Below, piece after piece: positions 28,599-37,583 of a DNA stretch of 64,000 nt. Source of the DNA: Candidatus Bathyarchaeota archaeon (GTDB lineage Archaea; Thermoproteota; Bathyarchaeia; Bathyarchaeales; Bathyarchaeaceae); assembly GCA_030608565.1 (NCBI GenBank), contig JAUWDY010000001.1:104238-168237 (forward strand), written 5' to 3'. A program made the position numbers and the translations under genes. How positions within the stretch are numbered: position 1 is the first letter of the stretch; each line of letters opens with the position of its first letter. The notes beneath the pieces were generated by a model. That model made no database searches, was not told the origin of the DNA, and was given only the letters and a program-made list of their open reading frames with translations.

Positions 28599-29081
28599 TT
28601 ACGTTCCTCTGGTTTTTGCCGTAGTTTTGCGAGTTCCCTTTTTCTTTCTTTTCTGCTGGGCTTTCGCAGGTTTTAGCTCTGTTTCTTCCGCGGCCGTCTC
28701 TTTTGGTAACTCTATTTTTTCGCCGACGCCTTTTCGTTTCAGTGCTTCTCTGCGCCACTTGTCATCAAGATTCAGACGGGTAATTCTCACCTTAGACGGA
28801 TGAATAGGGATGGGCATTGAAGTTCCGTCTACTTTCTCCCGTGTTACTCCTTCAACAAAGATTCTATACTTCGTTCGGTTAACTCCGGTGACTTTCCCTT
28901 CAAATCCCTTGCGGTCTCCCCTCATAATATGAACAGTGTCGCCCATTCTCACCGGAATCGAGTTGGTGTTGTGGGACGTTTTTAGCTTCGATGAAAGAGC
29001 AGCAGAGAATTGTTTGTATCGTTTATGCAGAGGAGCTTGATACAATCTTTTGTGCTGTTTTCTAGGTTTTGTTGTTTTCAC
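28599..29081 (-). CDS. rpl24p: 50S ribosomal protein L24 (uL24) with Lys-rich C-terminal extension
   Basis: 160 aa with a KOW region GDTVHIMRGDRKGFEGKV. Confidence 0.9.
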   Translation of the reverse strand: MKTTKPRKQHKRLYQAPLHKRYKQFSAALSSKLKTSHNTNSIPVRMGDTVHIMRGDRKGFEGKVTGVNRTKYRIFVEGVTREKVDGTSMPIPIHPSKVRITRLNLDDKWRREALKRKGVGEKIELPKETAAEETELKPAKAQQKRKKKGTRKTTAKTRGT

Positions 29082-29094
29082 TTCTTCCAGCTTC

Positions 29095-29535
29095 CTACAC
29101 GATGATGCTTGCGGCGCTTGCTATTCTCGGCCATCGCTCAGCCGCTTCCTTCGCCACTGGGCCTCGGATCTCCGAGCCGCGCATTTCTCCTTCGGGGGTC
29201 ATTATAACAGCTGCGTTGTCTTCGAATTGAACCCAGACTCCGTCGGCACGTCTGTATGGTTTTCTCTGTCGAACTAAGACTGCATGAAATATTTTCTTTC
29301 TCATATCAGGTGTTCCTTTTCTCACTGAGACAACAACCCTATCTCCAACGGCTGCTGCGGGAACACGTCTTAATCGACCATGGTAACCCATTACTTGAAT
29401 TACTCTGAGTTTTCTGGCCCCGCTGTTATCAGTACATTTGACAATAGAACCAGCTAACAAGCCTGTTGAAATTTTTGGTCTCTGACCAATCATTCCTCTG
29501 GCTAGGAAAGCACGCGATTTGGCTCTTGCCGCCAT
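29095..29535 (-). CDS. rpl14p: 50S ribosomal protein L14 (uL14)
   Basis: 146 aa. [15 protein letters not shown]. Confidence 0.9.
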   Translation of the reverse strand: MAARAKSRAFLARGMIGQRPKISTGLLAGSIVKCTDNSGARKLRVIQVMGYHGRLRRVPAAAVGDRVVVSVRKGTPDMRKKIFHAVLVRQRKPYRRADGVWVQFEDNAAVIMTPEGEMRGSEIRGPVAKEAAERWPRIASAASIIV

Positions 29536-29536
29536 T

Positions 29537-29857
29537 TCATTTTCCCTCCAGCTTTTCGACTACCACAAAGGAAACGGTTTTGCTTATGGAGCGGCATTCA
29601 GCTATCTTCACTAGATTTCCTTCTTTCACGTTTATGCATGGAGGGTTATGGGCAGGAATGTGACTGTGCCTCCGTTCATAACGTCTGAATTTTGGCACGT
29701 AATTTAAGTAGTCACGTCGCACGACAATGGTTTTGTCCATCTTGGCGCTGATGACAACACCTTCCAATGTGTGCCCTCTGATCGAGAGGGTTCCATGAAA
29801 AGGACAGTTTGGGTCGTTGCAGGTTTTTTTTGGTTTTTTTGTGGAACGGGTTGTCAT
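29537..29857 (-). CDS. rps17p: 30S ribosomal protein S17 (uS17)
   Basis: 106 aa. [16 protein letters not shown]. Confidence 0.9.
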   Translation of the reverse strand: MTTRSTKKPKKTCNDPNCPFHGTLSIRGHTLEGVVISAKMDKTIVVRRDYLNYVPKFRRYERRHSHIPAHNPPCINVKEGNLVKIAECRSISKTVSFVVVEKLEGK

Positions 29858-30139
29858 TTACCAACGCCTCCTGATTCGCTTCTTGATTCGATTTTCGGGT
29901 CGTCCAACGATAATCTTTCCATCTATCTCTATAACTGTTCCGTCGGGCATGGTGAAATGAAAGACAGCCATGTTCTTGATAATTATTGTTTTCTTGTTGT
30001 TATGTAGTATTACCAACGTGTTTCGAGTCTCGTTGAGTACTTTGCCTTTTATGCCCACGTAGCTAGAATGTAGGCTTCTTACAACCTCAGCGTTAAGCCC
30101 GATAAACTCGTGTTGAAGTGTGGTGGGTGTGATTTTCAT
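29858..30139 (-). CDS. rnp1: RNase P protein component 1 (Rpp29/Pop4)
   Basis: 93 aa. EFIGLNAEVVRS...GIKGKVLNETRNTLVI. Sits in the conserved archaeal position between L29 and S17. Confidence 0.85.
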   Translation of the reverse strand: MKITPTTLQHEFIGLNAEVVRSLHSSYVGIKGKVLNETRNTLVILHNNKKTIIIKNMAVFHFTMPDGTVIEIDGKIIVGRPENRIKKRIRRRW

Positions 30140-30354
30140 TTTTTCTTCTTCTCCACCTGTATTTCTTCGTTTTCAACTGTGAGAATGCGCGCGATTGTTT
30201 TGCGGAGTTCTCGTATCCGAGAAGGGTTGTCAAGAGAACCTCCTGCTTTGACCATTGTTTTCAATCTGACGAGTTCGGTTCGCAGTTCAATGATCTTTTT
30301 TTTGCGGTCCTCAGAAGACATTGTTCGGATGTCTTTCATCCTTATGATCGGCAT
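30136..30354 (-). CDS. rpl29p: 50S ribosomal protein L29 (uL29)
   Basis: 72 aa. DIRTMSSEDRKKKIIELRTEL. Confidence 0.9.
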   Translation of the reverse strand: MPIIRMKDIRTMSSEDRKKKIIELRTELVRLKTMVKAGGSLDNPSRIRELRKTIARILTVENEEIQVEKKKK

Positions 30355-30355
30355 G

Positions 30356-31006
30356 TTATTCTTCAGCCTCCGCGGTTTCTTTTTCAGTCTTCTTCATCGC
30401 CTCTTCTGTGGGTTTTTCAATAATTTGCACTTGGTCTGGAAACCTTGCGTCTGGGGGCATGATTTGCACTCTGACTCCAAGAATGCCTGGTTTTAATTGA
30501 ACGGGTAATACTGCTTTTCGCATGTATTTTCTTGCAGCGTCTCCGCTTTTAGGTAGGTATCCTGAGCGAAACTTTTCGTATCGAGAGCGGTCTGTTCTTA
30601 GTTTTCCGCTTATAACAATCTCTACGCCTAGTGCTCCTGCTTCCATGATTTGGTTTAATGCCCAGAAGCCTGCTCTTCGAAAGTGTACGCCGCGTTTTAG
30701 GGCTGAGGTGATGCGGGATGCTACGATGCGTGCGTTGAGTTCTGGGATTTCGATTTCGGCTACGGAGATTTGTGGGTTGGGCATTTTGAATTTTTCTTCT
30801 AGTGTTTTTGCGAGGTTCTTTATGGTTTCTCCGCCTCTTCCGATGACTAGTCCGGGGCGCATTGTGTAGATTACTACGTGTGTGCCTAGTGGGGTGTTTG
30901 TGATGTCTACGCCGCCGTATCCTGCTCTTTCGAATTCTTGTTGTAGGAATTCGTCGATTTCTGTTTTTTTTATGGCTTCGGTTATGAAGTGTTTGACTGT
31001 TGACGT
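30356..31006 (-). CDS. rps3p: 30S ribosomal protein S3 (uS3), conserved N-terminus without a canonical start codon
   Basis: The ORF track begins at an internal Met (30862). The same frame stays open upstream and encodes the KH-domain N-terminus TSTVKHFITEAIKKTEIDEFLQQEFERAGYGGVDITNTPLGTHVVIYT. The codon at the expected initiator position is ACG (31006-31004), 9 nt after AGGAGG. Confidence 0.8.
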   Translation of the reverse strand, partial: TSTVKHFITEAIKKTEIDEFLQQEFERAGYGGVDITNTPLGTHVVIYTMRPGLVIGRGGETIKNLAKTLEEKFKMPNPQISVAEIEIPELNARIVASRITSALKRGVHFRRAGFWALNQIMEAGALGVEIVISGKLRTDRSRYEKFRSGYLPKSGDAARKYMRKAVLPVQLKPGILGVRVQIMPPDARFPDQVQIIEKPTEEAMKKTEKETAEAEE

Positions 31007-31007
31007 T

Positions 31008-31481
31008 TTATGCTTCCTCCTTTGTTTGCTCTAGGATTAGTTCGACGTGGCAGAGTGTTTCGAAGTGTGGTGTCATTCGTCCGAAGGCTCTTGGTCTGTA
31101 TCTTTTGATTTTCATTCCTGGGTAGGCTGATGCGTGTATTATTCGTAGGTTTTCTGTGTCTAGTCCTTTGAATTCGGCGTTTGTTTCGGCTTCTTCCAGT
31201 TTTTTCAGGATTTTTTGTGCGGCTTTTTGAGGGTATTTGCCTGCGGCTATTTTTTGTAGTCCGCGTCTGTGTGGTTGTTTCTTTTTGTGTTTGCGGAATG
31301 GTACGGGTTTTTCTATTTTGATGACTTGTTGAAGGTAGGTTTTTGCCTGATCAAGCTTCATTCCTTTTATCGTCGTGCATATTTCTGTTGCGTGTTTTGG
31401 GGATACTCTAATTTCGCGTGCGCTGGCTTTCGCTGTTTTTTCTGGGTCTATGTCCGTTTTTGAGTATCCCCAATGTGGCAT
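31008..31481 (-). CDS. rpl22p: 50S ribosomal protein L22 (uL22)
   Basis: 157 aa. AKASAREIRVSPKHATEI. First gene of this operon block. Confidence 0.9.
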   Translation of the reverse strand: MPHWGYSKTDIDPEKTAKASAREIRVSPKHATEICTTIKGMKLDQAKTYLQQVIKIEKPVPFRKHKKKQPHRRGLQKIAAGKYPQKAAQKILKKLEEAETNAEFKGLDTENLRIIHASAYPGMKIKRYRPRAFGRMTPHFETLCHVELILEQTKEEA

Positions 31482-31581
31482 TTTGTCTGTCTTTCCTTCT
31501 TTTTGTTAATGTGCTGAATCAACTGGGGTTGCGTTGTTTATATGCTTTATTATTTCCGTGGTGTTTTTGAAGAGTGGCTTT

Positions 31582-31714
31582 TTGTTATGTTATTTGCGCG
31601 TGTCTCTCTCTTATTAGACCCCCTACCTAGGGGGGGGTCATGGCTTGTGTCAGGGTTACTTTTAGGTTGTGTTTTGTTTCTAAGTCTAGTGAAAACTCTG
31701 TTTACGCTTTGATT
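31582..31714. repeat. repeat copy B (inverted partner of 23276-23465)
   Basis: See copy A. It lies 100-230 nt upstream of the L22 start and contains GACCCCCTACCTAGGGGGGGGTC. Confidence 0.85.
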
Positions 31715-32002
31715 GTGTGAGAACTGAATGTTGTTTGTTGTTGATGCTATGAGCGTTATGAATGTGTTAGAACGTCGGATGACGCGGTGAAGAGCTTCAG
31801 TTGTCTGTTCTGTCTACGAAATACTTATTTGTATTAGTTTTGTGTGTGTGCTTATTCTAGACCTGGTCTCTGAGAGCTCTAGATACGCCAACGACAAATA
31901 CTGAGGTTGGGTTTGAACCCACACAATTCCGATGACAGGGAATTAGATCAGTTAAGTGACAGTTTTCTAACCAAAAACAAACACATGGTTGTAACTGTAG
32001 GC

Positions 32003-32710
32003 TCATCGTACGGGCACCCAAACCTTCGAAACGTTCTTTCCACGTATAACAAAAGAGAGATAGTTGGCAAGCCATATGCCGACAACCCTGAAAAGTCCAA
32101 GTTTTCGAAACCGCCTTAACGACTCGTACACGGTTAGGTCCTTAATAAACACGAATCTTCCTCTTTTTGAGAGTCGAAACGCAAGTTCATGGTCCTCAGT
32201 GCACGGTAGACTTTCGTCAAATCCGTTGACTTTGAAAAACTCGCTTCTTCTGGCTACAAAAAATTCTCCACGGCAGTGAGGTTTGAACCTAGCCAAGATT
32301 CGGGTAAGAGAGTTATGAAGGTGAAAGAAAACTTTTTCATGAAATCTTGGTTTTACGGGCATAATGGAACATGTGGCACCTACAACCGTAGAGTCACTAA
32401 ACGTTTCCAGCACCTTTTCCACGAAATCAGCGGTGGTAATCACGTCTGCATCAAGGAAAACAAGAACGTCTCCGCATGCTCGTTTGGCCCCATAATTTCT
32501 TGCCCTAGCTATCCCTCGTTCTCGCAGTACGTACACCTTATTCGTGAAGCGTCTTGCAACTTCAACGGTTTTATCTTCGCTTCCTCCGTCAACCACTATG
32601 ATCTCGATGAGATGATCTATGTTAACCAGCCTAGACAATGTTGTGGCTATGTATTTTCCCTCTTGAAAAGCGGGAATGACCACCGAGACAGTTCGAACTT
32701 TTGTTTTCAC
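32003..32710 (-). CDS. family 2 glycosyltransferase
   Basis: 235 aa. VSVVIPAFQE..., VVDGGSEDKT and FLDADV (DxD). Confidence 0.8.
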   Translation of the reverse strand: MKTKVRTVSVVIPAFQEGKYIATTLSRLVNIDHLIEIIVVDGGSEDKTVEVARRFTNKVYVLRERGIARARNYGAKRACGDVLVFLDADVITTADFVEKVLETFSDSTVVGATCSIMPVKPRFHEKVFFHLHNSLTRILARFKPHCRGEFFVARRSEFFKVNGFDESLPCTEDHELAFRLSKRGRFVFIKDLTVYESLRRFRKLGLFRVVGIWLANYLSFVIRGKNVSKVWVPVR

Positions 32711-32795
32711 AAGTCTCCCTGCGCAATTTTTTCTTTGAATGTTGATAACATTAACCTACCGAGTATCTTGTTTCACATATTCTTTTTGCGTTCCA

Positions 32796-33536
32796 TTATC
32801 GTATGGGCGTCCATTCATGCGATGTCACACCATAGACTAGAAATATTAGATAATTTTTGATCCATGCCCGGAATAGCTTGAATAATCCTACTTGCCTTTG
32901 GCGTCTCATCGATTCATGGACGGACAAGTTGTTGATGAAAACGAATTTTCCGCGTTTAGATAATTGGTATATTAAATCGGAATCTTCTGATGTTGTTGTG
33001 GCTTCATTGAACCCGCCGATTTTTTTGAATATTTCTTTTCTCACGGCAATGAACGCTCCGCTTGGATAGAACTTAAATCTTGTCGGTGGCAAAACGTTCA
33101 TGGAAAATCGGATACACGTGTTCAAAATTTTGAAAAAAATTGATTCAGATAATTTAGGGTTTAGAGGCATATTGTTACAGGTTGCACCGACGACATTGGG
33201 GCAAGCAAAAATATTGTTGATTGCCTTTATGAGGTATGGTGGAACGATAACGCTTGCATCAATAAACAGTATGATATCTCCTCCAGTGTGAGCTGCACCA
33301 TAATTTCTAGCCTTGGACACCCCTTTTTCCTTTAAAACGTATACCTTATCCACATAACGTTTAGCGGTTTCAACAGTTTTATCAGTGCTTTCTCCATCCA
33401 CCATTATGATTTCCATGTTTGGATCGGCTCTGAGCAAACTGGCTAACGTCGCACCAATGAATTTCTCCTCTTGGAAGGTGGGGATAACCACAGAAATCAT
33501 CTTCTTTCCTCTTATGTGGATCTTGAGGGTTCTCAT
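32796..33536 (-). CDS. family 2 glycosyltransferase (tandem paralogue)
   Basis: 246 aa (the start may be Met13 at 33500). ISVVIPTFQE, MVDGESTDKT and FIDASV. About 45% identical by eye to the neighbouring GT2. Confidence 0.8.
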   Translation of the reverse strand: MRTLKIHIRGKKMISVVIPTFQEEKFIGATLASLLRADPNMEIIMVDGESTDKTVETAKRYVDKVYVLKEKGVSKARNYGAAHTGGDIILFIDASVIVPPYLIKAINNIFACPNVVGATCNNMPLNPKLSESIFFKILNTCIRFSMNVLPPTRFKFYPSGAFIAVRKEIFKKIGGFNEATTTSEDSDLIYQLSKRGKFVFINNLSVHESMRRQRQVGLFKLFRAWIKNYLIFLVYGVTSHEWTPIR

Positions 33537-33692
33537 TTGTCCCCCTTTTCTTCTACTTTCGAACCAAGCAATATCAATTTTTTGTTATGTTTCGTCAAAC
33601 GAATTTTAGAACAAAGACAATAGCATTCTTAAAAGGTTTAAATGATAAGAACAAGCCATTTGTGATACGTTCAAATTTGCCTTCGCAGGGGT

Positions 33693-34970
33693 GTGAGAAT
33701 GCGTAAATCAGCCTTTGTTGCATTGGCCGTAGCAATTTGTCTATGCACTGGGATTTTTGTTCCCATTCGTGAAGTAAACACTACAAGTGTTCCCAGCAAA
33801 GTGCGACTGTTTGACCCACGAACATTGTATATTCACGGATACTTAGTTTACAAATACAATTGTCCAACGCCTGCTTCAATTCCGATTCCAGTTTTTGTAG
33901 AGGTTTGGACGAACAACTTTTGGTCAGACGTAAGGATTTTGCAAACTACGTCAAGTTCTGGTGGGCGGACGTTAGGAGTCGGTTACGTAAAACACAATGT
34001 TACTAGTGGAAAATACGATTTGACAGAAAGGGAAGATTACAATTCAATTTATGGTGCGCAGTTTAATTCCACCGATGTTAAGCCGTATCAGGAAATCAGA
34101 ACGGACGTTTGGATCAAGCTTTCCATATCAAAAGTTGATATGACGGATATATTGAATGAGACTGTGGGGGATATTTTTGAGGCAAGTAGTCAACTTGGTG
34201 CTGACTATGGAACGTATGTAAACAAAACATACTACTGGGATTACGGCAACGCAAGTGTTCAAGACGTGATTCAAGAGATTAACCAAACAGCTGGTGGACC
34301 CAACGTGTATGACATAGTCTACGCGACAATAGACTGGTTTTCCACTCATATGGTCTACAGGGAGCACGAGGATTACCCTGATCAGAGGTTGAAAGCCAGC
34401 CGGATACTGAACGAAACCATTGAGGTTACGGGTGATGGAGAAAAGCGATATGGCGTCTGTAGACATTTTGCCGAGGTTTTTGTTGCGATTATGCGGGGAT
34501 TTGGGATTCCTTGTAACCTTTTTAATGGGTTGGTTTTTTCCGACATGGGTGGAACTGTTGGTGTTATCTTTGGTGGCGGTCACGCGTGGTGTGAGGTGTA
34601 CATGCCCAATGTAGGATGGGTTCCGTTAGAGGTTACGATTTCTGACAGATATATTCGGGACATCGTTCGGGTCGGTCTCATTTCTCCATACTATTATCTT
34701 CCCATATACAAGGAATTTACAAACTCAGAGCCCGAGGAGACGGAAGAACAGGGAGAACCCAAAGAACCCTATGAATATCTTATCGCTGCCTACTGGGGCT
34801 GGGGGGTGGGCGAGGTTCCTATACTAACGCTTGAAGGCTTAATTCACACCGTAGTTTCGATGCCTATTATCAATTGGATTCTGCTGGTGGCAGTCATAGT
34901 CTTAATAGTCAACAGCATCATGGTGAGAAGGAAAATCAAAGCGTTAACTGAACGTACTCTCCTCGTCTAA
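33693..34970 (+). CDS. transglutaminase-like cysteine protease-fold protein, signal peptide and C-terminal TM anchor
   Basis: 425 aa. YGVCRHFAEVFVAIMRGFGIP ... GGHAWCEVY ... EVT gives a Cys-His-Asp/Glu core pattern. Hydrophobic N- and C-termini. Confidence 0.7.
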   Translation: MRMRKSAFVALAVAICLCTGIFVPIREVNTTSVPSKVRLFDPRTLYIHGYLVYKYNCPTPASIPIPVFVEVWTNNFWSDVRILQTTSSSGGRTLGVGYVKHNVTSGKYDLTEREDYNSIYGAQFNSTDVKPYQEIRTDVWIKLSISKVDMTDILNETVGDIFEASSQLGADYGTYVNKTYYWDYGNASVQDVIQEINQTAGGPNVYDIVYATIDWFSTHMVYREHEDYPDQRLKASRILNETIEVTGDGEKRYGVCRHFAEVFVAIMRGFGIPCNLFNGLVFSDMGGTVGVIFGGGHAWCEVYMPNVGWVPLEVTISDRYIRDIVRVGLISPYYYLPIYKEFTNSEPEETEEQGEPKEPYEYLIAAYWGWGVGEVPILTLEGLIHTVVSMPIINWILLVAVIVLIVNSIMVRRKIKALTERTLLV

Positions 34971-35729
34971 ACTCAGTAACACAATACTTTTGGCTTTGTA
35001 TACTGGAACAACTGGATAAGCATTAAGCTGACAGCAAAACTTCACATCTTCTTCATGCCCTATGTCTTTAAGATATCGTGCGTGGCTTCCACGTTGAATA
35101 ATCTTAGTTAACTGTCTACACGATTGTTGAAAAGTTAATGACGCCGCTAAAACAGCATCTGAACATTCAATTTTGTCGGCTGGTATGTTCTCCACGATTG
35201 CCCCTGCACACATGAAGTCTTCTAGCGAAAACCGTCCACGCGCCCCTGAAAGCACAAAAGAAATCCCAACCGTTTCTTTTTCAGCAATTTCAAAAGCGGT
35301 CTTGGCAACAGCCTCAGCATTAAAGAAGGCTCCGATCAGCACCCACCTTGCATTTTTGGATAAGCAGATAGCCTTTGTCCCACTTGTAGTGGTCAAAACT
35401 ACATGCTTTTCTTTCACAATGTTAGAAGAAAATTCGAGCGGCGAGTTTCCTAAATCGAATCCTTTGGGCTTTATTGCTTTTCTTTCGCCAGCTAGCAAAA
35501 ACTCGGGATGTTTCTTATGAAGTGCTTGGGCTTCTTTGATGGTTTTTGTTGGAATCACCTCTTTAGCGCCGTTCGCTAACGCCGTGACAATGGTGGAGCA
35601 GCACCTCAAAACGTCAATGACAACAAGCACGTCTCCTCTGCTTACTGCTTTCACAGCATCCTTTGCACTCAGTTCTAGGCTTACTGGCACTTTTTCTTGA
35701 GTCAGGGTTTGCGTTTTTGTCTTCTTCAT
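34944..35729 (-). CDS. comB: 2-phosphosulfolactate phosphatase (ComB) family protein
   Basis: 261 aa. VVIDVLRCCSTIVTALANGA is the typical ComB N-terminal motif. Confidence 0.7.
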   Translation of the reverse strand: MKKTKTQTLTQEKVPVSLELSAKDAVKAVSRGDVLVVIDVLRCCSTIVTALANGAKEVIPTKTIKEAQALHKKHPEFLLAGERKAIKPKGFDLGNSPLEFSSNIVKEKHVVLTTTSGTKAICLSKNARWVLIGAFFNAEAVAKTAFEIAEKETVGISFVLSGARGRFSLEDFMCAGAIVENIPADKIECSDAVLAASLTFQQSCRQLTKIIQRGSHARYLKDIGHEEDVKFCCQLNAYPVVPVYKAKSIVLLSLDEESTFS

Positions 35730-36751
35730 CTATAATGCTTTCCCAGGATTCCCCAGATTTCTTCTTTTATAGGCTTAGAAAGGCTAAGCGTTGTTCCGTC
35801 TCTTCGAAAAATACAGGATTTATCTTTCTTGTCTCTCACTTTTCCAATGATGGACGCTTGAATACCTTTTTTCTGAAGAGCGACCACTATTTCTTTAGCC
35901 TTGTCTGGGTGCGCAGAAATTATCAGTGATCCGGAGCCGATGGTTTTAAGGGGATCTATGTTTAGGGTTCTGCAAATCGCCTCCGTCTCTCTGTAGACGG
36001 GTATTTTCTCCTCGTAGGCTTGGACGCTTACATCGGAGGCCCATGCGATTTCCTGTAGTCCTCCTGCAACTCCTCCCTCTGTAGCGTCATGCATCGCGTG
36101 AACTCCTCCAGCTTTGACTGCAGTTAAGGCGTCTTTTACCACGCTGATCTTTTTGATGAATTTTTGGGCGTTCTCAACAATTCCTGAGTTGATCTTTATT
36201 TGGAGCGATTCAGCTAATTCGCTTGATAGGATGGCTGTTCCTTCGATGGCTGCGCCCTTAGTTATAATCACATGGTCGCCGACTTTTGCTCCGCTTGATT
36301 GCACAAGCTTTCCCTTTTCTGTTTCGCCCATGGCGGTTGCAACTATGATTGGTCTTTTGATGCCAGGCGTGACTTCGCTGTGTCCGCCTACAATAGCGAT
36401 GCCTAACTCCTTTGCTGCAGTGTCAATTTGCTGAGTTATATGCTTCAGCTTTGCAGTGTCCATGTTGTTTGGCAGAAGAAGCACAATGAGCATCCAAAGT
36501 GGTTTAACTCCGCGAGTTGCGATGTCGTTGACGACAATGTTGACAGCCAACCAGCCGATGTTTTCCACAGCGCCAGTTATCGGGTCAGAGTGAACAACAA
36601 GAACCTTGTCCTTAAAATCAATCACCGAAGCGTCTTCTCCAATACTTGGACCAAGAATCACACGAGAGTTAGCCGCTCCTAAACAGCTGAAAACAAGTTG
36701 CTTCAGCATGTCTGGTTCAAGCTTTCCAACCGACAGTAATTGCTTAGTCAT
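35726..36751 (-). CDS. AIR synthase-related (PurM/HypE/ThiL superfamily) protein
   Basis: 341 aa. GEDASVI, DPITG and GGHSEV motifs. Overlaps comB by 4 nt. Confidence 0.7.
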   Translation of the reverse strand: MTKQLLSVGKLEPDMLKQLVFSCLGAANSRVILGPSIGEDASVIDFKDKVLVVHSDPITGAVENIGWLAVNIVVNDIATRGVKPLWMLIVLLLPNNMDTAKLKHITQQIDTAAKELGIAIVGGHSEVTPGIKRPIIVATAMGETEKGKLVQSSGAKVGDHVIITKGAAIEGTAILSSELAESLQIKINSGIVENAQKFIKKISVVKDALTAVKAGGVHAMHDATEGGVAGGLQEIAWASDVSVQAYEEKIPVYRETEAICRTLNIDPLKTIGSGSLIISAHPDKAKEIVVALQKKGIQASIIGKVRDKKDKSCIFRRDGTTLSLSKPIKEEIWGILGKHYR

Positions 36752-36821
36752 ATTTAACCTCCAATGTTAATGTTAACCATTGCTTTTGTAACTTAAAAAT
36801 TGAACATCTTAAGATAGCCTT

Positions 36822-37583
36822 TTAACCTTTGAGGGACGGTAAGGAACGCCATATTGCCCTCACTATTGGCAGAGCCACTATGAGACCAATTGTCATTTGA
36901 CCGATGTTCACTGGAATCTCAGCTGTTGCCAGAACATAATAGCCAAACAACGGACCGAGAAGAAACTGTTGATAAATGAAATAACCTATTACCATCACTG
37001 AACCCCCTATAAGTGTCGTGAGAATCAACCAACCAAATTCCGGTTCAAAAACAAGACCCATTAAACTGATTAACACTATTACTAAAACCCCTAGAGAGAA
37101 CCAAAATTCTGGTGGAATAAACAAAATTGCGGTGGGGTTTTCAGGTGGAGGGATGCCGAGAGAAAGTTCTACCGTGCCGCTATAATAAAGGGAACCGATT
37201 CCTCCCAATAAAACTCCTGCTATCAAACCAACAATGAATGTAAAGGCTTTCCACTGGAGTTTAGATCTAAACTTAATTCTTTTGCGACTGAGGATGCCAA
37301 CGATGCTCCCTTCGCATGCCTTTATGATAAGAGTTGCTGGCGCGTAATGTGGGTAGCCTAAAAGAATATCTGCGGACATAGAACCGACTCCTCCCGCGAA
37401 AGCACCGATAAATGGACCGAAAAGAAGGGCCGTAATGAACACCATGGTTTCGCCGATATTAAAGAAGCCTTTTGTGATCGGTACATAGATGGAGAAGACC
37501 ATAGTGGCTACACATACAAGCGATGTGAAAATGGCTGTGATAGCTAATCGGATTGGTCTTGACGCAAAGGTTCTTTGAGACAT
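36822..37583 (-). CDS. ECF-transporter S-component-like membrane protein
   Basis: 253 aa, polytopic and Gly-rich. The N-terminal pattern LAITAIFTSLVCVATMVFSIYVP is typical of ECF substrate-capture subunits. Confidence 0.6.
   Translation of the reverse strand: MSQRTFASRPIRLAITAIFTSLVCVATMVFSIYVPITKGFFNIGETMVFITALLFGPFIGAFAGGVGSMSADILLGYPHYAPATLIIKACEGSIVGILSRKRIKFRSKLQWKAFTFIVGLIAGVLLGGIGSLYYSGTVELSLGIPPPENPTAILFIPPEFWFSLGVLVIVLISLMGLVFEPEFGWLILTTLIGGSVMVIGYFIYQQFLLGPLFGYYVLATAEIPVNIGQMTIGLIVALPIVRAIWRSLPSLKG

Noticed and set aside
31900-31952. tRNA-like sequence on the minus strand (ACTGA / AATTCC-ctgtcatc-GGAATT / TGGGT-tcaa-ACCCA / TCAGT), with a GTC anticodon-like loop
   Set aside because: It has no D arm, an 8-nt anticodon loop, a mismatched or short T arm and only a 5-bp closing stem. 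It is not a functional canonical tRNA and is at best a decayed tRNA-Asp-like remnant. tRNAscan-SE could be run on it, but I do not call it a gene.
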